NCBI GenBank assembly: GCA_041650805.1 | Contig: JBAZKM010000004.1 | Span: 41,636-105,635, forward strand | Source: Candidatus Omnitrophota bacterium | GTDB taxonomy: Bacteria > Omnitrophota > Gorgyraeia > 2-01-FULL-45-10 | Direction: 5' to 3' | Length of the DNA stretch: 64,000 nucleotides | In this document: one piece after another, positions 52,621-61,600 of the stretch | Layout: each line of letters starts with the position of its first letter | Position numbering within the stretch: position 1 is the stretch's first letter | Notes under the pieces: generated by a model | Databases searched by the model: none | Told to the model about the DNA's origin: nothing | What the model saw: the letters and a program-made list of their open reading frames with translations, nothing else | Program-made: the position numbers and the translations under genes

Positions 52621-53226
52621 GTGAGCTCTCATGCAAAAGGCACGTTATTCATAATCTCCGCGCCATCCGGCTCGGGAAAGACGACCCTGTGCAAAAAGCT
52701 CCTGGCCGACGGCCTCGACCTCGTGCCGTCGGTATCGGTCACGACCAGGCCCCCGAGGCCGGGTGAGAAGAACGGCGCAGATTACCACTTCATAAAGAAC
52801 GGAAAATTCAAGGAACTGATAAGGCACGGGGGCTTTCTCGAGCACGAGGAGAATTTCGGTAACCTGTACGGCACCCCGAAAAAATTTATAAAAGACGCTC
52901 TCGACAAAGGGAAGTCGGTCGTTTTAAGTATCGACGTAAAGGGCGCGATGAAGGTGAGGGGCGCGTACCCGAAGAACAGCGTCATGATATTCATCCTCCC
53001 GCCTTCGATGAGGATCCTGAAGAAGCGTCTCCGCGAAAGGATGTCGGACGGCGAAGAGACGATGGCAGTGAGGTTGCGGCTGGCAAGGAAGGAGATGGCG
53101 TGTAAAGATAGATACGATTACAGGGTCGTTAACGATGAATTGCACACGGCATACCGCAAGTTAAAAAATATAATCAAAAGAGAGATCAAAAAGAGACAGG
53201 AGAGATCATGCAGGCAGCACCCATAG
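52621..53226 (+). CDS. gmk: guanylate kinase
   Basis: P-loop ISAPSGSGKTTL. GTG start assumed. Confidence 0.8.
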   Translation: MSSHAKGTLFIISAPSGSGKTTLCKKLLADGLDLVPSVSVTTRPPRPGEKNGADYHFIKNGKFKELIRHGGFLEHEENFGNLYGTPKKFIKDALDKGKSVVLSIDVKGAMKVRGAYPKNSVMIFILPPSMRILKKRLRERMSDGEETMAVRLRLARKEMACKDRYDYRVVNDELHTAYRKLKNIIKREIKKRQERSCRQHP

Positions 53227-53411
53227 ATAAGTTATACGACAAGGCAGGCAGTACCTATAAGCTGGTGATAATGGCATCCCGCCGGGCGGTGGAGCTTAAC
53301 GAAGGGGCGGGCAAGCTCGTCGACGCGACACCGGACATGAAGCCGGGGGCGATCGCCCTGAAAGAGATACTCGAAGGGAAGATCTCGTTCAAGATCAAAG
53401 AGGAGAAATGA
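53208..53411 (+). CDS. rpoZ: DNA-directed RNA polymerase subunit omega
   Basis: 67 aa. YKLVIMASRRARELN-like block. Confidence 0.8.
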   Translation: MQAAPIDKLYDKAGSTYKLVIMASRRAVELNEGAGKLVDATPDMKPGAIALKEILEGKISFKIKEEK

Positions 53412-53953
53412 CCGCACGTCCGAAGTCGGTGATCCTGGGGGTAACGGGGGGCATAGCCGCTTACAGGGCATGCGAGATCATCACCATGTTGAGAAGGGAT
53501 GCCGTCGACGTCACCGTCCTCCTTACGCGGGAGGCGAAAGAGTTCATAGCTCCGCTTACGCTCCAGACGCTATCCGGCAATAAGGTCATATCCGATATGT
53601 TCGAGCTGCCCGATGAATGGAACCCCGTACATACGTCCCTGGCGGATAAGGCAGACCTTGTCATCATAGCTCCGGCGAGCGCAAATATACTGGGCAAGAT
53701 GGCCCACGGGATATGCGACGACATCATCACGTGCACCGTACTGGCTACGAAGGCACCCGTCCTGATAGCCCCTGCCATGAACGAGAAGATGTATAAGCAT
53801 AAAGCCGTCCGGGAAAATATAGAGCGGCTCAAATCCTTCGGTTACAACTTCGTAGGGCCGATCAAAGGGCGCCTCGCCTGCGGGCACGAAGATATAGGCC
53901 ACATCGCCGATACAAAAGAGATCGTAAGGGAAGCGAAACGGTTTCTACGGTGA
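53408..53953 (+). CDS. coaC: phosphopantothenoylcysteine decarboxylase (flavoprotein), separate gene
   Basis: VILGVTGGIAAYRA...APAMNEKMY motifs. Confidence 0.75.
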   Translation: MTARPKSVILGVTGGIAAYRACEIITMLRRDAVDVTVLLTREAKEFIAPLTLQTLSGNKVISDMFELPDEWNPVHTSLADKADLVIIAPASANILGKMAHGICDDIITCTVLATKAPVLIAPAMNEKMYKHKAVRENIERLKSFGYNFVGPIKGRLACGHEDIGHIADTKEIVREAKRFLR

Positions 53954-54624
53954 ACCCCGCATCCAGCAAAAGACCCAAATATATAGTGGTGACGGCCGGA
54001 CCGACCCGGGAGAAGATAGACCCGGTCCGTTTCATATCCAACTACTCGACGGGGACGTTCGGGTACGAGATCGCCGGGGAGGCGCGCCGCAGGGGCCATC
54101 GCGTAACGCTCGTGAGCGGGCCTGCATGCCTCAAGAGGCCGGCAGGCGTCAGGCGGATCATGGTCGAGAGCGCGACGGAGATGCGTTCTGCGCTCTCGGG
54201 GGAGTTCAAAAAGGCCGACTGCGTGATAATGGCGGCGGCCGTATCCGATTGGAGGCCGCTGTCGAGCCGGTCGAGAAAGATGAAGAGGGCCACCGGCAGG
54301 AAGATCGTGCTAGAGATGGCCGAGAACCCGGACATACTTGCAGGGCTCGGCCGTAAAAAAGGGAATAAGGTGCTGGTAGGGTTTGCCCTGGAGACCGAGC
54401 ATATGTATACAAATGCCCTGAAGAAATTAAGAGAGAAGAATCTCGACCTTATAGTCGCGAACAGGTGTTCAAAGGGCGGCACGGCTTTCGGTCCCGGGAA
54501 GACGGATATAGCGATCATCGACAGGCGGGGAGGCCGGACCTCTGCGCGCGGGAGATCGAAGCGCGAACTCGCCAAAATTATTCTTGACAAGGTTCTTGAC
54601 CGCACGTATAGTGGCAAATTATGA
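53950..54624 (+). CDS. coaB: phosphopantothenate--cysteine ligase, separate gene
   Basis: VVTAGPTREKIDPVRFISNYSTGTFG. GTGA overlap with the coaC stop. Confidence 0.7.
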   Translation: MNPASSKRPKYIVVTAGPTREKIDPVRFISNYSTGTFGYEIAGEARRRGHRVTLVSGPACLKRPAGVRRIMVESATEMRSALSGEFKKADCVIMAAAVSDWRPLSSRSRKMKRATGRKIVLEMAENPDILAGLGRKKGNKVLVGFALETEHMYTNALKKLREKNLDLIVANRCSKGGTAFGPGKTDIAIIDRRGGRTSARGRSKRELAKIILDKVLDRTYSGKL

Positions 54625-55061
54625 GGATGATGAAAAGTTCGCGGGGTTTCACTATAATAGAGGTGGTAGTCGTCGTCGCGGTATTCCTTGCGATCATCTC
54701 GATATTGGGACCGTTTGTGCGCATGGTCAAAGACCGGGCCAGCGCGATACAATGCGAAAATAATCTGAGGCGCCTCAGCATCGCGCTGCATACGTACGCC
54801 TCCGAACACGAAGATGCGTTCCCGCCGGATCTCGGGGCGCTCTACCCGGATTACGTCGGGGACCAGAAGGTATTCGACTGCGCGGCGAGCGGCTCTTTCG
54901 GCACACCCGAAAAGCCCGACTATTCGTACGCCCCCGGCCTGACGGAATCGTCGCTTCTCAAGACGCCGATCGTCGAGGACGCCGCCGGTAACCACGGCAG
55001 GAAAGGGAAGAATATCCTCAGGGTGGACGGTTCCGTAGAGTGGGCGGGTAGAAGATTTTAA
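54621..55061 (+). CDS. prepilin-type N-terminal domain pseudopilin with DUF1559 (H-X9-DG) domain
   Basis: GFTIIEVVVVVAVFLAIISIL methylation motif. HGRKGKNILRVDGSVEW C-terminal motif. Confidence 0.6.
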   Translation: MRMMKSSRGFTIIEVVVVVAVFLAIISILGPFVRMVKDRASAIQCENNLRRLSIALHTYASEHEDAFPPDLGALYPDYVGDQKVFDCAASGSFGTPEKPDYSYAPGLTESSLLKTPIVEDAAGNHGRKGKNILRVDGSVEWAGRRF

Positions 55062-55068
55062 CGTACGA

Positions 55069-55143
55069 GGCGGCTTAGCCAAGTGGTAAGGCAAAGGTCT
55101 GCAAAACCTTTATGCTCCGGTTCAAATCCGGAAGCCGCCTCCA
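55069..55143 (+). tRNA. tRNA-Cys (anticodon GCA)
   Basis: GGCGGCTTAGCCAAGTGGTAAGGCAAAGGTCTGCAAAACCTTTATGCTCCGGTTCAAATCCGGAAGCCGCCTCCA. Confidence 0.8.
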
Positions 55144-55168
55144 ATTCTTCAGTAACTTGGCATCATGT

Positions 55169-55245
55169 GGACGCGTAGCTCAGTTGGTTAGAGTGCTTCC
55201 TTGACATGGAAGAGGTCACAGGTTCGACCCCTGTCGCGTCCACCA
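55169..55245 (+). tRNA. tRNA-Val (anticodon GAC)
   Basis: GGACGCGTAGCTCAGTTGGTTAGAGTGCTTCCTTGACATGGAAGAGGTCACAGGTTCGACCCCTGTCGCGTCCACCA. Confidence 0.85.
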
Positions 55246-55362
55246 TCCGCCTTCGTCGACAACAGGCAGACGACAGAAGGCTTCGGCGGATGAGCCCGCC
55301 GAAGCACCGATTCGTTTGACAGTTGATTGCGAAGGCGGGCCACAAAAGAGAGATAAGTTCAT
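55246..55362 (+). repeat. 117-nt conserved structured element immediately 3' of tRNA-Val (copy B)
   Basis: Near-identical reverse complement of 26445-26561. Same position relative to a tRNA-Val 3' end, and the same nested stems. Confidence 0.6.
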
Positions 55363-55620
55363 AGGGAGAGGGTATATCCCCCACCACTTAAATGCCCTCG
55401 CCTTATAATATAGTTATATCTCAAAATTCCCTCTTAATAATAGTTAATACATAAAAAAGCAAGATATTACCTCTTGTCTATATCATAATAAGCAGGTAAA
55501 CTTATGATATAAGACGCTAGAGTGCACATTACTTGCCTGTATGTTAAGCAGATCCGGGCAGGTAAATTTTTTTCATCCGTTGTTTTATGTATTTACAAAG
55601 AGCGAAGGAAACTATTGGAT

Positions 55621-58600
55621 ATGTCAGACGCTAGATCTGGTAGTACTCCTAATGTGATCTTGAATAGACGCCCATTCAGGGTGACGATCGCCATTGTCAC
55701 CCTGTGGGCGTTTTTACTTAATATTGTAGCATACGATCTGGCCTGGGCTGCCGGAACGCCTACAGAGCTTACTAGCGTCGGCCCTGATAGAGCCGGCGGC
55801 CCGGGCGTTGTGAAGGAACTGGACGCTTCGACATTTTCATTACCCCAGTATCTCGGTTCTATCCGCGACTCCTGGTCCCCTAAACCCTATACCCTATACC
55901 CTATACCCAATACTATAATCCACATCCAAGACGCCCACTGCAACTATTATGCCCAGCACAAGATAAAAGAGATAATAGAGTATCTGAATAGAGAATACGG
56001 CGTAGATACCGTAAATCTCGAGGGTGGGGCGATGGGTTACGACCTGTCCCCGTTTACGGATATACGCGACAAAGATATCCGCGAAAAGGCGACCGACCAT
56101 TTCGTGAAAGAGGGTTTGGTGAACGGCGCAGAGTACTTCGCCATCAACAACCCGGAGAAGATAGCGCTTTGGGGGGTAGAGGATGCCCGGCTCTATGTCG
56201 ATAACCTCAATGTCTACAGGAGTTCAGCCGTCCGCAAGGCCGAGATCGAGAAGCATATTAAATCGCTCAACCACATCATCAACAACTTAAAACCGAAGAT
56301 ATATTCGAAAGAGCTTCTCGAGTTCGACCTGGCATATTCCTCATACAAGGCGCACAATTCGGAATTCAAAGATTACCTGTCATACCTCATAACGAAAGCA
56401 AAAGAGAGGGCCATCAACGTAAAACAATTTACAAATATCTACATCCTAAGCCGGACGCTCGGCGAGGAGGGGAAGGTCGATTTTAAAAGAGCGAATATCG
56501 AACGCGACGTTATGATAGATGCGCTCGGGAAACGGCTTTCGAAAAGCGCTCTCGAGGAACTTGTGGTGAAGACGGTTGAATTCAAGGCGGAGAGGATATC
56601 GCAAAAGGAATTTTACGCGTACCTCACAGGTAAGGCGAAAGTCGCCGGCTTGGACATGGACGGCTTCCCCGAACTCCGCAGGTATATTATCTATATCTCT
56701 ATGTACGAAGCGGTCGATAAGCCGAGCGTCATGGAAGAGATAGATGCCCTGGAAGCGAAGCTTCTGGAAGGCCTATATCGGAACGAGGAAGAGAGGACCT
56801 TAAGCCGTCTTTCGAAGAACCTGGCGTTATCGAAGAACATATTCGACATCTCGCTTACCAGGGACGATTACCGTTACTACAAGAAGAACGAGGCGTCGTT
56901 CGATATGCGTAACTACGCCGTGTTCATCGAGCGGGAAGCGCCTGCGCGCGGTATCACGGCAAAGCTCGACAACGATATAGCCCACCTCGACAACTATAGG
57001 CGGGAGATGGCGAAGTTCTACGAGTATTCATTCAAGCGCGATGAGGCGTTCATACGGAATATTAAGTTAGGGGGTATAGGGTATAGGGTATCGGGTATAG
57101 TAACCCGAAAACCAGGGGCCGCGATCCTCGTGACCGGTGGGTTCCATTCCGAGAACCTCGCAGAACTATTCAAGAAGAACGATATCGCCTACGTATCGAT
57201 CATGCCGAACTTCAGATCCGGCGACGAGTATGAGTGCCCGTACTTCAAGATCCTTTCAGGCGAGAAGAATATCAGGATAAAAGAGTCATTACCGGCGGTC
57301 CTCACCGGCATGCTCCCGGTACCGGATCAGCTGAATCCGGCGGTGATGAGAGAGCTCGAAAAAACCCAAAAACCGTTGGGCGCGGGAAGGATGAGGATGC
57401 AGGGGGAGCATGCATTTACACAGTTTTTGACGCGCATAGAACCGCTCCTTCTTATGTCTGAGGCCCTGTTGCCCATAATAATAGACAGGGCCATACAAAG
57501 ATATGAGAGGACGAAAGAGCCGCAGGTTATCAATATAGGGATCGTGGGGGCAGGATATGGCCAGGAACCCGTATCCGTGGCGATCGCCCTTGATAGAAAG
57601 ATAAGAAGTATGCTTGAGGACCGGCGTCTTCCCGGGGATTCTGTGAAGCTTGCAGTCCATATCATGAGCAGGCCGTCCCCCATGCTCGATAAGCTTAGAG
57701 ATAATGGAATAAGGTATCCGGCAGATTCGATCGCGCGACAGATCGCTCTCGGCAATATCTCAGAGACCGAACGGGACAGGTATTTTGAAGATACGGGAAC
57801 AGGGTCAAGGCGCACCCAGGCCCTGAACGATATCATGAAGTTTTATGAAGTCGATCTTTTGGACGATCCGCAGGCAGAGGTGCCGCCTCTCGATGCGCTA
57901 TTGGTCCACAATATCCTGCAGTATCTGATGCCGGGTGATATGCAAAGTGCGCAAGCGGCATTCGGATATCTGGGTTCAATGGTAAAGCCGGGCGGGATCA
58001 TTTCAGTCACGTCCCCGGAAGGAACCGCCGACAGATACGTTAAGGCAGCGTATGATGAGATGTTTAGCGGCCGCGGCGGATATGAGCAAGCGAAATTTGA
58101 AGGGTTACCCGTAGAGACAGTATTTTTTGTGAAGAAGACACCGCCCGCGCCGCAGGCCGGGTTCGGTCGCCTTGAGGTGATCTCAGGCGTAGCGGTGCTG
58201 ACGGCAGCGGCAGCGACTTTCCACGCCGCAGGCATCGCCGCGGCGCTCGTTGTCGGGATCGCCGGCGCGCTCGCAGCAGCGCTCTTATTCAGGTATCTCA
58301 ACCGGGCAACGTCGGAAGAAAAGACGGCCACACCGACACCTCATGAGGCCATGATAAGAGAATTATGGGGAAGCGTTCCGCGACCGATCGGTGATGCGGA
58401 ATTGCGAAAAGCCATCATAGAAAGATCTTTTTCTGGTGAAGCAGCCATGCGATGGGGTGCTGACACGTTGTCGGACCTTATCGATTTTAATAAATCGAGG
58501 GCAGGGACGCTATATATTACGGCTATCATAGAAGCCAGTTTACCCAAGTTAGGGATAATGATACCGGACAATTTTATGTACGGCCCTGCAATGACACCGG

Positions 58601-61600
58601 AAGAGATAAGATCGGCAAAAGAACGCGCAGAACTCCAGGCCATCGAGAATAGGATATCTCGTTTTACCGATGAATTAAGCGCTCTATTTGCAGACCTTGA
58701 TCGCATCCGCGGGCTTATCGAAAAAGACCTGATAACGGCGGAGCAGTTAAAAACAGCCACAAGATTATCCGGCGGAAATATGAAAATAGCCTGTGAGACG
58801 TTTGCCGCATTGGAAGGTTCGATAAGAAGCAGACAGGATATAGAAAATTTAATAAGATCGGCCGAGCGCAATAACAACATATTTATCATAAATGCGGCCA
58901 ATTTTGGTATTAATGACACCTTCAGCTGGCTTGCCCGCCATAGAGAATTTATCAATCGTTATGGGACTAACGGTATAGCTGTTTTAGGGCAGGTGCTGCG
59001 CTCCGGCCGCGTTCTTTTCGGTTCAAATCAATCTGAGAAGATCTGTGATTTTCTGGAAAAAAATGCAAGATATGTCGAATTATACGGGATGGAATATTTA
59101 TGTACTGCGGTAGCCGTATTAAATGATGAGCAGCTTCAGAATATGAGCAGCCCTCGTCGCATTAATATCTTCGAACCTACCCTCAACATCGGCAAGGTTA
59201 TCACAGAGGATAGCATGCTTAACGGTGCAAGGGTATTCTTCGAAGACCTCGTGGCAGCAAATAATGAAAGCGATAGATTGAAGCCAGAGGCCCAATTTAA
59301 CGAGTCTATAATAAGAACGATTAATGAAAATACCATGTCGCGGTACGGTCTTGACAAGATGCTTATCCTAAGCAGATCCCACAACTTAACAGCAGTGGCT
59401 ATTTATTTTACGAGAATAAGGCCTGTGGTAGATAAGGTCGGCATACAGGCGTTTATCGACGCAGTAGAAAATAAGGGCGAGATATCCGCAGATCTCGTGG
59501 CGGCTATCCCGGAACTTCTCAGGGTAGATCTGACCTTTGCCGGCGCGGGCCATCAAAAGGCTCAAGAATATGCCAACTATATATTGGGCACGATAGCGAA
59601 AAGGTCTACCGATGCTCTGCAGGCGCTTGTAGAAGCCACTACAGATACAGATGATGATATAAAAAGAGGCGCATATTCAGTTTTGGATACGGTTATGCCA
59701 AATCTCGGCGCTACTCTCAGATTTCACGGCGACATAGGGCCGGTAGGGCGCAAGATCGTCGTAGAATTTCTGGCCATGTCGGACCTTGAAAGATTAAGCC
59801 CATACAGGTTATATCTGTACATAGGGCGATTGGCCGAGAACGGGAATACTATAGACCGTATAAAGAACGCGGATAGACGCAGGCAGGCGATAAATAATGT
59901 CATAAACAAGGCCGACAGGGATTATGGAAACTTCACAAAAAGCGTGTACTATGGAGGAAAGACCGGGGATTATTCAATGTATGTCGGCCTTCTCAGCATG
60001 CTTTCCGATGAGGATTTTGAGAAAGACGTTCATGATATAGCCGCGGCCCTAAACGTCACCGCAAAAGACAGGAGTATAACTGATACATTGAGCGAGATCG
60101 ATGGAAAAGTCATCACACAACCTGTGAACGTTCAATATGTAAGCGCGTTCGATTTCGAAACAAAAAAGACGGAACTGGCGCTGCCGGACGATTTAGATAT
60201 CGAATTCAAAAATATGATCAGCACGATTTTCGGGTCAGCTGGAGAAGCGGATATTGACACCATCCTGGCGAGGATCACCGCCGTCAAGGCGAGTGTTGAT
60301 GCCCTGGAAGGAAGGGATAAAGCGGAAGTGACCGCGTTTTTCAACGGTAATAATGTACCTGATAACCTCCGGGCGCAGTGGAATACGGAAGATCCTAAAA
60401 GACACGAAACCGCTAAAGTAAATATCAAAAATTTTCTATACACCAGGATGGATATTTCAGACGAAGAGAAGACGGTATTGTTCCTGAAAGTTTTTGAACA
60501 CATGGGCGCGGAATTATTGCGAAAATACATAACTCCCGGGGCCGAGCTTTCCCCGGATGAGAGGAACCTTATCTTTTCGATGCTGAGAGAGGCGGACAGA
60601 CATCTTGCTGATACCATGCAGGAAATGGGGCTTGGCGCGCTGGCCGACAACCTAAAGAAGAAACCCGAATGGAAACTGATGAAGACATTACAGGGTAAGA
60701 TAAAGACGACAGTTGACGGTAATGTAAGGTCTGGCAAAAAAATAGAGCTGGTTTTCAGGGCAAAGAACCTTCTTACCCTCTATCAGGGGGCCTACTCGGG
60801 GACGTGTTTCGGAGACCGCCCTTACGATATAGCGCGACCGGACCTTTTTGTCGTCACTATATTAAGTAACGGAGAGCTTGCGGGTTCTGTCCTGTTCAAT
60901 ATACAAGGCAATAAATTGATAATGCTCGGTTTTGACCCGTCAGAAGCGCTGATGTGCGGCCTTGATGACACAAAGAGAAATGAGCTCGTAGACCATATCA
61001 TGGCCGAGATATTCAGTTTCACCAAAGCGCGTATCGTGGATCAGGACGGCAAAATTACGGCAGAGAACGATTATGAGTTATTGATCACTACAGAAGCAGG
61101 AGGCCTATCGAACAGGGACAAGGTGCAGGATTATATAATAAGTGAATACGTAACCGGGGGTAAGGTAAGAGTGGACCGGAGGACCTATCATCCACTATAT
61201 CAATACAGCGTTACTTCGGCGCAAAAGGCGAAGACAAGAAATGTAAAACCGAAAATGATCAAAACCACGCCTTCACCCGAGGCAGGATTCGGCGGTCTTG
61301 AAGTTATGACAGGCATTGCGGTATTGGGGGCGGCAGTGGCCGCCTTCCACGCCGCAGGCATCGCCGCGGCGCTCGCCGTCGGGATAGGCGGCGCGCTCGC
61401 AGCAGTGCTCTTGTTCAGATACCTCAGCCGCAATATTTCAGTGTCTCCGGCCGTTACCGCATCTACTAAGGGGACATCCCAGAGCAGTATGACCTGGGAC
61501 CCCATCGGATATTTTGACCTTGTAAAGCGTTTTGGAGGGCATGATTATGGCGCCGATCCGGCAGCGGACAAGATGCTGCTTGAACAGACAGGGAAGTGGT

